Assembly: GCA_951406725.2 (NCBI GenBank)
Contig: OX597817.1
Location: 26,722,001 to 26,786,000, forward strand
From: Octopus vulgaris
Lineage: Eukaryota
Direction: 5' to 3'
Length of the DNA: 64,000 nt
The notes under the pieces were generated by a model, which ran no database searches, was not told the origin of the DNA, and was given only the letters and a program-made list of their open reading frames with translations. The position numbers and the translations under genes were made by a program. This document shows positions 23,524 to 38,189 of the stretch, piece by piece. Position 1 is the stretch's first letter. Each line of letters opens with the position of its first letter.

Positions 23524-25579
23524 AGTGTATCGTGAGACAGAGAGAAAGAGAGAGAGAGAGAACAGTGTATATGCAAATATGTGCACTTGAATGCAAACAT
23601 ATATTCACATACATACACAGGTACCTACATACATAGTTTGGAGTGTATACATCCAGTTCACCTATATTTCCCATAGTGTTTATTTAAGAGATATAAGATG
23701 GGTTATCGTGTATCACTGAGTTAAGCCACTCTGGTTTAGGAAAATAAACTTAGCTTTATTCACCTTACATTATGCATTGAAAGCAAAACAACATTGACAA
23801 ATGAGAACATTTATTAACAAACAGTTGGAAAATGAAAACGTTTGCTCATTTTGTTTTACTTTTATCACATATTTCACAAAATGCATGTAACAGATAGTTT
23901 GAAAAACAACAGCAATTTGTGTTGAAGTAATGGGAAGATTCTGCAGCAATTTTTTGTTCAAAAACAAGGAGGTTTTTCAGCAATTTGTGATCAAGCTACA
24001 TGAAGTTTCTGTAGTAAAATTGCTTTCAAACCGTGAGGAGATCTTGCAGCAATTTCTTTTCAAGCAATGAGGTGATTTTGTGTTCCCATTTGTTCTTCTA
24101 GCATTAGGAGCCACACATCATTACCACGTTAAATAGACTGACCAGTCTTATCTTGAATGCATTTCATCTTTGATGGAATTGGTCAAAGTAGATTTGGGGC
24201 TAAGTGACAGCAAAAATGGAACTGGATAGAAAGAAGCTGAGCTTGTTAATATAAGAACAGTTATATGTTATGTGCCTGTTGAGAACCTATCATCACCCTA
24301 ATCATCATCATCATCATCACTACCATCATCATCATTGTTGTTGTTGTTTTGTTGTTGTTCTCATTCAACATCATCATCATATTACTCTTCAGGGTAGCAA
24401 GAGTTTTGAAGGCCATCACTGTCCAAAAAAGTAATCATTTGGAGGTATTTCCTTCTGGATAGGTCAGAGGATATTGTCTTGCTTGCAGGTTTTTGTCTTG
24501 CAGGATATCCATGGTTGGATTACCTTCCTAAAACCAACCATTTTGGAGAGCAAACTGAGTGAATTTTATACTCGGTCTCATATATATATGCATATATGCA
24601 TATCAGCGGTGGTGCCCCTGCATGGCCGCGGCCTTCGGGCTAAAACATTTTTAAGGATTTAAGGATTTATATACATAAATGTGTGCATGTGTGTGTATTA
24701 TATTATATTATATTTCTATAAGAATATAATATAAAATTATATTATATTCTTATTGCAATATAATATAATATAATAAATAATGTTAACTATAATTGCATAC
24801 AATTGTTTCAATTCTTACCCATAATAAAATTATAAAATCCATTGTTTTTGGGTAAGAATCTCTTCAGTGTAATTTTTGATATATGAGGATTCACAGATCC
24901 AAGAAAAGACTGAATCTAAATATACTTATGTTTTCAAGCATGAGCGTCAATTATTAAAAACAAAAGCACAGATAAAAAATAAAAAGTAAAGTATGAAAAA
25001 TAAACTAACATAACTGTCATAAAATATATTTGTATACTATTGAGTATTTTAATCTAAATACATTTTAGTGCATTAGTTTTTTTTTAAATATCAGGAACAA
25101 TATTTTTAAAAATATTTTTTTAATATTTAAAAAAAAAACATGGTGAAATAAAAATTATCCCTTTCATTCCTTCATATTACTCAAAAATACATGTTATTAT
25201 AATAGCAGCAGGCTATCTATCTATGGGTAAATAGCAAAATAATATATTTAAAATACTTTATCATCTCTAGTCAAATAGTAAATTTTGATATAAATTACAT
25301 TGCATTAATTATTTATGATAATCATTACTAAAAATCAAAGATTAATAATTAAACATTATGCAGTTTATAAGAGAGAAATTTTCTAAAACATATTATCATA
25401 ATAACATTATTATCATAGAAATTAAATAAACGCTGAATTAACCAGTTATCCAAAAAATAATTTTTATTACAGGGACTTCATAAATGTGATTTTGATAAGT
25501 ACTCATTTTTTAATGAGTACCACCTAGCTATGAGTAATCTTCAGATGTTGGCTATAACTAAATCTTTGGCCACATTGGA

Positions 25580-25960
25580 CTTGAAAGGCATGGGATGGAC
25601 TGTTTGACTGAGGGCTGGTGAGCCAGAAGGCTGCACCTGGTTCCAATCTGATCTGGCAATGTTTCTACAGCTCGATGCCCTTCCTAATGCCAACCACTTC
25701 AAGAGTGTAGTGGGTGATTTTAATGTGCCACCAGCATGAGGGCAAGTCAGATGGTACTTGTACTGGCCATGCTTGAATGGTGCTTTTTACATGCCATCGG
25801 CACAGAAGCCAATCAGGCAGCCCAGGCAATGACCACACTCGATTGGTGTTTTATAGATGCCACCGGCACAGGACCAGTCAGCTGGCATTGACAATGCTCG
25901 AATGGTGCTTTCGAGCATGGTCGATGTCAGTGCCAGCTGACTGGTCCCATGCTGGTGGCA
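25580..25960 (-). mobile_element. Diverged RTE-type LINE tail repeat
   Basis: GATCTGGCAATGTTTCTACAGC..CCAACCAC..GTAGTGGGTG; same family as 1060-1337. Confidence 0.65.
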
Positions 25961-25990
25961 TATTTACATACACACACATACAGCTATATA

Positions 25991-26745
25991 TGAGGGTGGG
26001 CTGAAGAGTTCATAGGCTGAACATGAAGGTTTGATGATAAAGCTATGAAATGTTGTTTGCTTTAATTTCAACTCTTTTTCTTATTAATAACTGCATTGTT
26101 TCTTTCAAAGTAAACTAGCATCTAACTGTTCAAAGAAGAAATCAAAAGTAAACTAGTGAAAACTTCTCTTGAAAGCAAACAAAGCTTGGCATTGTGGTAT
26201 TACCGAGTATCTGCAGTAAAAGGGTTTATCCCCCAAGGACATTCACGCTGACATGGTTGCTACATTAAGTTATGATGCTCCATGTTTATCGGCAGTGCAA
26301 AAGTAAGCAGCTAAATTTAAGAGGAGAACGGAGATTCTTGAAGATGACCCAATATCTTGATGTCCTGCAACTGCTGCCACCAAGAAAAACATAGATCCTG
26401 TTCTCCACATTGTGATAGATGATGGGTGATTGACTATAAATCAAACAGCCAATGCTATTAGCATATTCTGTGAGACAGTTGAGAATATTCTGCACAATGA
26501 ACTTGGCATGATGAATTTTTCTGTTTGGTGGATGTTAAGTCTTCTGACACCTGATCAAAAGTGCACCAGGCTGATCACATTGTGGGAAAATCTGACATTG
26601 TTTGAGGCAGATCCAGCTGGTTTTCTTGAATGTTTCCTGGGTTAGGATGAGTGTTGGGGGTCATCAGTTTGAGCCAGAGACAAAAAGAAAATCTATGCAG
26701 TAGTAACTTCCCTCGTCCCCTGCTCCAAAAAGGGTCAATATCATT
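25991..26745 (+). mobile_element. Degenerate mariner transposon, 5' part
   Basis: TA|TGAGGGTGGGCTGAAGAGTTCATAGGCTGA TIR-like start. Broken transposase: IHADMVATL, ILEDDP, ETVENILHNELGM..LLTPDQK, DECW..FEPETK. Confidence 0.8.
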
Positions 26746-26949
26746 TCATTTCATACATAAACATTATAAAATTTTCCCTTCAGAGAAAGACAAAGAACCT
26801 TTGTTGCAAACACAGATAATCGTTATCTAAGCTTCCTTTTTACTCATCCAATTCTAACTCCTGACACCATTCAGTTGTTCCTTGAGTCCTCTAGGAAACA
26901 AAGACTGTCAACTATTTTTTGTGAAACATCTGGGCAGGTAATACTCTTC

Positions 26950-27356
26950 TACTTTTCTATTTGTTTCAGTCATTTGACTGTGGCCATGCTGGAGCATCAC
27001 CTTTAGTTGAGCAAATGGACCCCAGGGCCTATTCTTTGCAAGCCTAGTACTTATTCTATCGGTTTCTTTTACCGAACCGCTAAGTTACGAGGACGTAAAC
27101 ACACCAGCATCCGTTGTCAAGCAATGTTGGGGAGACAAACACAGACACTCAAACATATATACACACATACATTTATATATATACATATATATGACGGGCT
27201 TCTTTCAGTTTCCATCAACCAAATCCACCCACAAAGCTTTGGTTGGCACGAGGCTATAGCAGAAGAGACTTGCCCAAGTTGCCATGCAGTGGGACTGAAC
27301 CCAGAACCATGTGGTTCATAAGCCAGCTATTTACTGCACAGCCACTCCTACACCTA
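26950..27356 (-). mobile_element. SINE family A, full length
   Basis: Reverse complement of family A consensus. Confidence 0.85.
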
Positions 27357-27591
27357 TAGATTGAATTTCACGAATGCTTATACTGCAATCTATTCCTATG
27401 TATTTGTTATGTATGTAATCGTTTTCTCTCAGTCTGCCTCAGTTTCTATTGCACAATTTGGACAATCACTCTTTATACTAAGATATGACAAAAGAGATGA
27501 GAATGGGCAGCAAAAACTGATCATATCATGTATTGGGACAGACTCATACATGCAAAATCTGCATAGAAAAGAGGATATAAAAAGGTGGTGA

Positions 27592-27815
27592 TCTGGCAAA
27601 AACTTTAGCACACTGGGCAAAATAATTAGTGGTATTTCATCTGCTGCTACGCTCTGAGTTCAAATTCCACCAAGGTCGACTTTACCTTTCATCATTTTGG
27701 GGTTGATAAATTAAGTACAAGTTACACACTGGGGTCGATGTAATTGACTTAAACCCTTTGTCTGTCCTTGTTTGTCCCCTCTATGTTTAGCTCCTTGTGG
27801 GCAATAAAGAAATAA
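27592..27815 (+). mobile_element. tRNA-derived SINE, family B (MetaSINE-like central domain)
   Basis: GAGTTCAAATTCC B-box-like followed by CCTTTCATC..GGGGTTGATAAATTAAGTAC; same family as 30952-31740, 36637-36840 and 53190-53385. Confidence 0.65.
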
Positions 27816-29437
27816 GAAAAGAGGATATAAAGGATACATACGAAATGTTGATTACATAAGCCAATAATCTTCTCACATACTATGTTTCAGTAGTTTAACT
27901 TCAGAAGGAATTATAACTCTGTAAGCCAGACTTTAATAAACAAATATCTATTTATTTCTATTTCTTGAGTACTCATTAGTTTGCAAAAAAGCAAACATCT
28001 TCTTCACATGGACACACATAATAATATTATACATGCATAAATTCATATATTAATTGTACATGCTCATATTAAATATATATATACTCATGCTAGCATGAAA
28101 GACAGATGTTAAATGATGATGATGATATATATATGTATGTATATGTAAATAAATAAATACATATATATATATTCATTTAATGTCCATTTGCCCATATATG
28201 CTTAAGTCAGACTGAATTTATTCATGCAAATATTCTATGGCTGTATGCCCTTCCTGTTGCCAACTCTAACCTATTTCCAAGCATTGGTAATGTCTCCCCA
28301 TGGACAAAAACATTTCCACAGAGTATTGGAAATGAATAATATGGCTTGTATGACAGTGGCATTCATTTACTACTATCACACCATATAAAAAAAAAGAGTC
28401 AAACACACACACTCACACATATACATACACAGACACACACATACACATATATGTATGCATATATTATATATATATATATATATAGACACACACATGAACA
28501 TACACACTTATACACACATATATGTGTGTGTATGTATGTGTGTATATATATACACATATATATATGATATATTTGTATGTATATACATACATATGTATAT
28601 ATGTATATATGTATGAATGTATGTATATATGTATGTACGCATGTATGTACACATCAGCATCATCTCAACTGTTATCCACCATATGTATGAAGATAAATTT
28701 GGCCATTTGTTATATTGATAGCTATTGATTCCGTACCTAAGTAGTTTTTATCTGCAAGTAACAGCAGTCAACAATGAGGTCGTTAGGCAATTACAGTTTA
28801 TACTATTGCTATCTCATATCAAAGATTTTACTCAATGATACTCACACATTCTTACATTCTTCCCAGTTCTAAATGACATTCGACATTGCAGACTTTAAGG
28901 TTCAATAAACATCTCTTGATAGAATCTACAGTTCTTGAAAACATATTTGATAGAATAACGAGAAAATAAATTATGATTTCTTCACGATAAGCAAAGAATA
29001 GACACACACGCAAATGCACTCACACTCACACACACACATATATACACATACACATGCACACACATACACATAGATATCATCTGATAGACAAATAGATACA
29101 TATATGTGTTAATGTGTGTACATGTGTGCAATATTTATAACTACATACATGTATAAGAAGACATACACATATCTCTCTAGGTATTTATTCTTCACTGATA
29201 TTAATCTTTTATTCCATTATAACAGTATTCATTTATATATTTTCAGACACTCTCTCGCCCTTACACACACACAAACACACACACACACACACAGAGAAAT
29301 GTATGTTTAAAGTTTGTACAATGACATATGCATATAAATAGAATTCTTTTGGCCCAGGGCCATTTTAATTTTAATTTTGTTTTTGCTATATCTCATTTAG
29401 AGAACAAATGTTTGACAACATATAATGGAAATTTATG

Positions 29438-29479
<42 letters not shown>

Positions 29480-29819
29480 TGCACATGCACACAGAAACAT
29501 TATTCTCATCACTGTTTACTTTCTTATGCATGCATAAGTCAGAATTTTTTCTTCGCAGATTTTCTGCAGCTGGATACAGTTCCTGTCATCAAACCTCACC
29601 TGCTTTCAAGCAAGGTAATATCTTCCTATACCCAAGACATGGCTGGAAATGCACACCTTTGTTTGTATGACATTGATGGTCATTTATAAACTTTATAACC
29701 ATCACATGAGATCTGGACTAGGGTGTATGCTCACACACACACATGCTAAGTTGCACATATGCATACATAAATAGGTACATACATATGCATACATACAAGC
29801 ACACACACACACACATATG

Positions 29820-29998
29820 TGATTGACCACTACATCCACAAGTTTATTTTGTATTCTGTCTCTGTTTATTTCCTCGTGTTCCTTTCTGTTGAAGAGGGTA
29901 GGCTCGAAATGTAAAAAACCTTCTCACCTTCCCGAGTGTCAAAACTAATACACCTGTTTGTTGTTCATACACCTGCCTTTGTCTTTTGTTTTTCTTGC
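29820..29998 (+). mobile_element. Penelope-like terminal fragment with degenerate hammerhead (29883-29916)
   Basis: UUU-CUGUUGA-AGAG GGUAG GCUC-GAAAU-GUA-AAA; related to 38190-38435. Confidence 0.45.
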
Positions 29999-30951
29999 TG
30001 TGCTCACCTTGGATAATAGGTTGACCTGCTGTGCTTGAGGAGACCTATTGTGTCAAGTACATCAACATCAAATAAATATCAAATGGATGGCAGAGTAAGG
30101 AAGTAAGAGATAAATTGTGGTAGGTGTCAGCAGGGTATTGCCAAGCAGGTGCAAGTAGGGAGTGGGGTGGGGAATGCTGTGACCATGAGAAACTGGGTAT
30201 ATAGAAGTGGGTAGGAAAGCAATGATGCAGTGAGCAGGACAATGAGGTGAGAATTGGTGATTGGCAGATAATCATAGTTTATAAGGAGGAAATGTGTGGA
30301 AGAGAAGCGATCGTTTGGGAGAGGAAATGTAGTTTGGTTTGTTGGGGGAGGATGTGTGAAAATTTTATTGTTATGTGTGGGTGGAACACACGGCACTTCT
30401 AGAACTCAGGCTCATTGATGTGTGTTGATCTCCTCTAGAACTTCATATCATTAGGCATCTTGGTCCACTGTCATTTCTTCCATGAGTCCCAATATCTTGC
30501 GATTGGTCCTCACTACATCATCCCATATCTTCCTGGTCTTCCTCTTCCACAGGTACCATCCACGTTCCATGACTGGCTCATCTTTATGCAGCTGCTTTCA
30601 TTCATACACACCACATGTCCAAACTAGCGTAGTCTCCACTCTTGTATGCTGCATTTGATTCCTTTTATACACACACACAAACACATTTTTAAGTTAAATG
30701 CATTTGCAGTAAGCACAACAAACATATCAGCAATTTGATATTATATTAGCTTGGAAAGGGATGAGTACCTATTATAGTTGATACCTTATTTTCAAAAAGG
30801 GAATCTAGAGAGAGAGACAGTCTTGTAGAGTGAATATCTCCTTAGGTCATTTTCTTTCACTGGAAATAATAGCTAGAGTATTAGAGGATATGAAATGATT
30901 TAAATAAGAATCAAACATTCATTGCTTACATATGGGTATAAGAATGAAGAA

Positions 30952-31740
30952 AGGCAGCAAGCTGGCAGTTTCATTAGCACTCGGGGCGAAATGCTTAGCG
31001 GTATTTCATCTGCCACTACATTCTGAGTTCAAATTCCACCGAGGTTGACATTGCCTTTCATCCTTTCGGGGTCGATTAAATAAGTACCAGTTACGTACTG
31101 GGGTCGATATAATTGACTTAATCTGTTTGTCCGTCCTTGTTTGTCTGCTCTGTGTTTAGCCCCTTATGGGTAGTAAAGAAAAAGGGATTTCGTCTGTCGT
31201 TACGTTCTGAGTTCAAATTCCGCTGAAGTTGACTTTGCTTTTCATCCTTTCGGGGTCGATCAAATAAGTACCAGTTACGCACTGGGGTCGATATAATCGA
31301 CTTAATCCCTTTGTCTGTCCTTGTTTGTCCTCTCTGTGTTTAGCCCCTTATGGGTAGTAAAGAAAAAGTGATTTCGTCTGTCGTTACGTTGTGAGTTCAA
31401 ATTCTGCTGATGTCGACTTTGCTTTTCATCCTTTTGGGGTCGATTAAATAAGTACCAGTTACGTACTAGGGTCGATATAATTGACTTAATCTGTTTGTCT
31501 GTCCTTGTTTGTCCACTCTGTGTTTATCCCCTTGTGGGTAGTAAAGAAATAGGTATTTCGTCTGCCACTACATTCTGAGTTCAAATTCCGCCGAGGTCAA
31601 CTTTGCCTTTCATCCTTTCGGGGTCAATTGAATAAGTAGCAGTTACGTACTGGGGTCGATATAATTGACTTAATCTGTTTGTCTGTCCTTGTTTGTCCTC
31701 TCTGTGTTTAGCCCCTTGTGGGTAGTAAAGATATAGGTAT
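30952..31740 (+). mobile_element. SINE family B expanded into a 4-unit tandem array (~184 bp unit)
   Basis: ATTTC(A/G)TCTG..GAGTTCAAATTC..GGGTAGTAAAGA units starting at ~31003, ~31188, ~31371 and ~31555. Confidence 0.85.
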
Positions 31741-32299
31741 GAGAATGAAGAAACAAATAAGACTCTATAGGAAAATTTAACCCACTAAAAGTAACAGCAA
31801 ATTTCTGTATTTTACTCTACTTCTTTTAAAGCGAAAGAACCCATGGGTATGTACATTCCAGAGACAAAGACAGGATGGTCATGACTTTAATTCTTCTGAT
31901 CATAGGTCGGCTGGATCATGGCTAACATCATACTAAATAACAACAATATGCATGAGAATTCAATATTTGGTCACTTATAATTAATCAAATTGGAAATCAG
32001 TTGTCTTGATTTTGTCTGGAGTAGAAGACGAGATTAATCATAGTATAATTACTATTGTTAGTAAAATGAATTAGCTATAATTGAGAATTAAAACCATAAA
32101 CTCAGATTTGGTTGGCAGTAAACTTAACTTTGCATCCTTCAGCAAATAGCCAACTAGTCAGAAATTTGTCATTAAACATAGTGGTGGATAACCATCATGG
32201 CTTTGTTGTTGTTTAACTTTCTTGTTCATTTCTGATTGAGCAGACATTCTAGCAGTGACTATCCTGTCTTTTGAAGACTGCCTGGGAACACATTCTTTT

Positions 32300-32507
32300 A
32301 CTCTTTTACTCGTTTACTTGCTTCAGTCATTTGACTGTAGCCATGCTGGAGCACCGCCATTAGTCTAGCAAATCAACCCCAGGACTTATTCTTTGTAAGC
32401 CTAGTACTTATTCTATCGGTCTCTTTTGCCGAACTGCTAAGTTTCGGGAGACATAAACACACCAGCATCGGTTGTCAAGCGATGTTGGGGGGACAAACAC
32501 AGACACA

Positions 32508-32555
<48 letters not shown>

Positions 32556-32706
32556 CATATATACGACAGGCTCCTTTCAGTTTCCGTCTACCAAGGCTTT
32601 GGGCGGCCCGAGGCTATAGTAGAAGACACTTGCCATGCAGTGGGACTGAACTCGGAACCATGTGGTTGGTAAGTAAGCTACTTACCACACAGCCACTCCT
32701 GTGCCT
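32300..32706 (-). mobile_element. SINE family A, near full length
   Basis: Reverse complement of consensus with small deletions. Confidence 0.85.
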
Positions 32707-32839
32707 ATTCAATATAATCCCAGGTAGTTGTTCCCCTTATCTTTTTCTAAGTGATAAGTGTGCATTCAGGAGACAAATTTTATTGCTCTTTCAAAAAGAG
32801 TGAATGATCACTTAAAGGCTCTCTCATTGTTTTATTCAG

Positions 32840-32893
32840 AAATGTGAAACACTTCGTGAATTTGTGTGCCGTCCTTGCACAGAGGCCATGCTA
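32840..32893 (-). pseudogene. U6 snRNA pseudogene fragment (3' half)
   Basis: Minus strand TAGCATGGCCTCTGTGCAAGGACGGCACACAAATTCACGAAGTGTTTCACATTT versus recalled U6 TAGCATGGCCCCTGCGCAAGGATGACACGCAAATTCGTGAAGCGTTCCATATTTT. Confidence 0.85.
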
Positions 32894-34249
32894 TTTGTTG
32901 ACTATTTGTTGTCTTATAAGTACAAAACATTTATCAAAATGCAGTTCTCGTTCTCAACAAAATTAATCAAAAGTATTTAATTATAAATCAAGATTCCAAA
33001 ATTCTAACATCAAAATTAATACTTTTTTTTGTCGTTTAAAAAAGAAGCAACAATGAGAGAATCTAAATGTTTTACAAATCCATTGTTGCGTGTAAAACAG
33101 TGATAGGAAATTAATAATTACTTGGAACTATCCATTAAATAAAGTTATACATCATTTTCATTGTAAGCACACTAATATTTCCTCTTTCATCTGCTGTTAC
33201 AATAGTTTTTACCTTTAGGTTAAATTCTTTCTTCAGTGATAATTTCCTCATTGATATGTTTAATAATTACTTTGATTTCCTTATTTCTTTCCCATCTAAC
33301 ACAAAAATTTAGTTTTATTTTAGTTTTCAATTATTGTTTCTCAAAATACATTTATCATTAACAAAAGAATACTTCCTACAAATTTATTAAATATTCTCTC
33401 AACACATGAGAAAGTTACTCTAAATTTACAAAAGTTTCAAATTAATTTGGGTTCAGATTATTACTCTCTAATAAATTGCAATAATTTGCATAACTAATTT
33501 TGTTTTTACTCTTTGCAGTCTTATATTAAACTAATTACATTGACACATTGTTTTTTCTTAACTATATTCTGTAATTATTTCACTTTGTGTGAACATCCAC
33601 TTTAGAGAATGTCATTATAAAAAAATATTTAAAAAACTGGTGAGACAGCTGCTTCTACATTTCTGATTGTCACTTCAAACACTAGTATGTACCTTGTCTC
33701 TTATACTTAGTCTTTACTTATATTCATTTGCTTCACAATTATGAGATAAAAGATGACCAATTCTTACATTACTGGACAACCACCTTAGAGTCCAGTAATT
33801 TGTATTCTGCTATTATCACTCCTCTGTATGAGTAACCAGACATGTAACTTTTCAATCACTAAATATGCATAGCTCTCAGTAAGTTGTTGCTTTTATCCCC
33901 TAGCTCTGATCAAAGTGACATATGGTCAAAAGGCATGTCATCTGTGACTTAGGACCTAGGATATTCAGTACCTTAAATCAGTCTATAATGTGTTCCCTCT
34001 TCTCCAAAACCTACAGTATGTGCCCTCTTCTCCTAGCCGACCAGTGTTTTTTCCTACCAGTTTTCTTTCTCCGAACCCTACATTGTATATATCCTTTATC
34101 AGTCCCCCCCCCCCCTACAAATTCCTCCTGCTACCAATCTCTTTACACCAGCTGAAAAGTGAAGCTGGAAATTTGTAATAAATTTATGCAAAAGATATCT
34201 TGTGCATAAAGCATCATAATATCATACATACCATCCACTAAAAATTTTT

Positions 34250-34503
34250 TTTAAATGCGCCCTTTTAAAGTCTAGCCAGGCTCATGGGCCCTGTTTCCAG
34301 GTTTCAATGGCGTATGTGTTCCCCAGCTGGACAGGACGCCAGTCCATCGCAGCGTTACTCATTTTTGCCAGCTGAGTGGACTGGAGCAACGTGAAATGAA
34401 GTGTTTTGCTCCAGAACACAACGTGTCACCCTGTCCAGGAATTGAAGCCACAATCTTACAATCATGATGCTGACACCCTAACCACTAAGTCATGCGCCTC
34501 CAC
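34250..34503 (-). mobile_element. tRNA-derived SINE, family C, with 15-bp target site duplication
   Basis: Head GTGGAGGCGCATGACTTAGTGGTTAGGG on minus strand; TSD ATACCATCC(A/G)CTAAA at 34228-34242 and 34504-34518. Confidence 0.8.
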
Positions 34504-34814
34504 ATACCATCCGCTAAATCAGACAAAATTTTAAATGCTTCACACCAAACAACTTAACAAGTCATAACATTACGCAATCCTCTCATGTTCCCAGCTTTTT
34601 ACCAACTATGTCCTTCATGCTCCCTTGTTCTGGATGTAACCTCATCTGCTTTCTTTATTACTAAGATACATGGTTTTACTTGGATTAAAAAGTTTTTTTC
34701 AAGTTACCTAGAATTTGTGCAACACCCCCAGATTTTACTGACTTAGGCAATGGCTTAGTTTATCTAGTTTATGACCAACTCATACATTCTGTTCATTTTC
34801 CAAAGTGATTTATA

Positions 34815-35305
34815 TTCATCATCATCATCATCATCATCATTGTTTAACGTCTGATTTCCATATGCTAGCATGGGTTGGACGATCTGACTGAAGACTGGTG
34901 AACCAGATGGCTGCACCAAGCTCCAATTTGATCTGGCAGAGTTTCTACAGCTGGATGCCCTTCCTAATGCCAGCGACACCGAGAGTTTAGTGGGTGCTTT
35001 TAAGTGCCACCTGTACGAGGGCCAGTCAGGCAGTACTGGCAACAGCCACGCTCAAATGGTGTGTTTTACATGCCACCTGCACATGAGCCAGTCCAGCAGC
35101 ACTGGCAACAACCTTGCTTGAATGCTTTTTCATGTGCTACTGGCACAAGTACCAGTAAGGCGATGCTGGTAACAATCATGCTCAAATGGTGCTTTTTACG
35201 TGCCACCAGCACAGAAGCCAGTTAGCTGCTCTGGCAAGGATCCTGCTCGGATGGTGCTCTTAGCACTCCAGTAGCATGGATGCCAGTCATCAAATTTGAT
35301 TTCGC
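34815..35305 (-). mobile_element. RTE-type LINE tail repeat with (CAT)n
   Basis: Same family as 36945-37310 and 42455-42960. Confidence 0.75.
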
Positions 35306-36897
35306 TGGATCATATAATTAAATATGTTGTTTTCTCTTACGGTATAGGGTAATCTGATATGAAGGAAATATGATGAGTAACTTCTGAAGCTCCCTTCAAC
35401 CAAAGAAATCTCTATGCGGTTACTTGATCTCCAACAATAGCAGTCAAATTTCATTCAATGCACATCTTACCATCTTTGTGCAAAATATATGCTGCAGAAT
35501 AGCATAGTGCACAGTACAAAGCAGAAATAGTTTTGTGAAATTCATATGCATTTCATAATCTGTGAGTGCTAAGTGTATGTTCTTCTGCAGACATGAAGAA
35601 GGCCATAGCAAAGCATTTTAATATATTCCTTCCTTCCGTGAATCATTTTGTGAAGACTGAGCCTTCATGAGTGGGGTTACAGGTGTCTCATCTTACTGCC
35701 ACCATCAGTACCATTACGGTTACCATCACCACGGTTAACACCACCACTACCACCATTACCACAACCTCAGCCACATTTATTTCTTTGTTGCTTTATATGG
35801 TTCTTTCTCTCTCTCTCTCTCTCAGTTGTTCTTTTTTCTCTTCATTTCCCATCATGTTTTAATCTCTCTTATTTCAGGCCTTTTTTTTTTTTTTTTGCTA
35901 CTTCCTATCCTATTTTCTTAATCTGTTCCCATTAATCTAATCTAATCTGTTTGTTTGTTTCTTTACGTTTCCATCAATTTGTCTCTACTTTTCTTTTTCT
36001 TCTTGCTCATCTCATTCACTATTTAACTGCATCATTCTGTCTTTAAACCTTTCTGTACTGTTCTCACTCTCTTTTCAGTTTGTGAGAAAAACTTCTAAAC
36101 TTTTACATTTCAAATGACAAGAAAATTAAAGAGCTTGGTGCAGTCCTAAAAATCTTGTGCAAATATCGCATACCAGCAGTTTGTTTTCCTGTCACTACTA
36201 CCAGATACAGAATTCAGTGCTATATACAGAACCAACTAAAAATATCGTATTACAGAAGAACCATTTATATTTCAGTACCGACAACCATTTATATCACTGC
36301 CAGACACGGCAATGGTCATTTGATTTTGTATCAATGGCTATTCTTTTAATTAATGAATCCGGTTTGTAGCTTCACGTCTTCAATTTCCTACCATAATTGA
36401 ATTTGTGTTGCTCTTGTCATTTTACTTGACCTAATCACTCACTTTTAGTATCTTGTTGACCACAGGAGAAAATGTCATTATCAGGGAAAAGATTCATAGA
36501 GAAATTCCGTCAACCTGCTTACTCATTCAGAATAAGAAACGGCTATTCATTCAGATCATGTTTATAGTTATTGTTTTTCTTATAGTATTGTCACTGACAT
36601 TCTTATTAATACTATTCCTGCTGTAAATTGCGATGGATAGGCAGAGTAGTTAGAGCATTAAGCAAAACATCTTGCGATTTTAATTTTGGTATTTTGTGTT
36701 CTGAGTTCAAATCTTGTTGAGGTCAACTTCAACTTTCATCTTTCTGAGGTAGTTAAAATAAAGTACCATTAAAATACTGGAGCCAATACAATCGATGTTT
36801 TCTCTACAATTTCTGGCGTTGTACCTGTAAGGAATGAAATCATGTCAGTATTCATGATATTCACACATACAGAAATACAAACACACACACATATATA

Positions 36898-36944
<47 letters not shown>

Positions 36945-37263
36945 ATTGCCTTATTGGCACTTGTGATGGTGGCACATGAAAAAACATTCAAGCGAGGTCG
37001 TTGCCAGTGCCACTGGACTGGCTCCTGTGCAGGTGGCAAGTAAAAACACCATTTGAGCATGGCCGTTGCCAGTACCACCTGACTGGCCCTCGTGCTGGTG
37101 GCACGTAAAAGCACCCACTACACTCTCGGAGTGGTTGGCATCAGGAAGGGCATCCAGCTGTAGAAACTCTGCCAGGTCAAGACTGGAGCCTGGTACAGCC
37201 ATCTGGTTCACCAGTCCTCAGTCAAATTGTCCAACCCATGCTGGCATGGAAAGTGGACGTTAA

Positions 37264-37310
<47 letters not shown>
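36945..37310 (+). mobile_element. RTE-type LINE tail repeat with (GAT)n
   Basis: Internal ~60-bp GGTGGCAC..AAAA..CATT subrepeats and conserved 3' end. Confidence 0.75.
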
Positions 37311-38189
37311 ATATAAATTCAATATTTGCTTGCTAATTTCTAAGATTGTTTAGGGTAAAAAATATCAAGAATCACAATGTTTTATCGCTTAACATAGACT
37401 ACATATGTCACATGTAATTTCAAAATTTCAGACCAATTGAACCTGCAGATGATACATTAGGTAGCAAGGCATTTAATAAAATGATTTTAATTTTTCCTAC
37501 TTGGAAAAATGGGCTTCTGTAAAAATGCTTTTTTTTTTTCAGCTGTGAATTATCCCATTTCGTATGACACACTTGGCACACTTGGTCTGTGTTAAACACT
37601 GAATTTGTATAGTCCAGTATCTTGGGTTGGAATATATTTTTCATTACAAATCGATTATGTAGCTCAAGAATTCATGAAACTTGAAGAAAGGTATTAGGCA
37701 TCATCCAATTATCTACAATATAATTAATTAATGGCTTACCAAATCTTTAGCAACACTATCATTATAATTAGGAAAAGTCGTAATTAATAAAGTTTATAAA
37801 CATACTTGAGTCTGTAGGTATTTTGAAAATTCCTCAAGGAGTGACAACCATGCTCTGCATAGTTATGAGTTGCCTTTCAGCCACCCTACCAGGGATACTA
37901 CGATGATGGTCTGTGAAGAGGTAGCAGAGCCCAACTGAGTCAATGGTGTGGAGGAATCCTAGAAGATCAACAGCCATGACCACCAACCTCTATCAGCACA
38001 TCTCTAAGACTGACGTCCATGGTTGTGTAATCATCCAATGAAATTCTTCACTGTGACTCAAGCACCCAATTCAAATGCATAATAATAGAATTATCTGATG
38101 ACAGAGTTATGGGAATCTGTGAATCCAGTACAACCAAGGAAAGTAAGAAACACATTGATTTTTATCTTGTGTTTTATTCCCAAAGTATT

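Noticed and set aside
36085-36369. Non-repetitive ORFs after a pyrimidine tract
   Set aside because: All frames from the putative acceptor hit stops early and no domain is recognisable.
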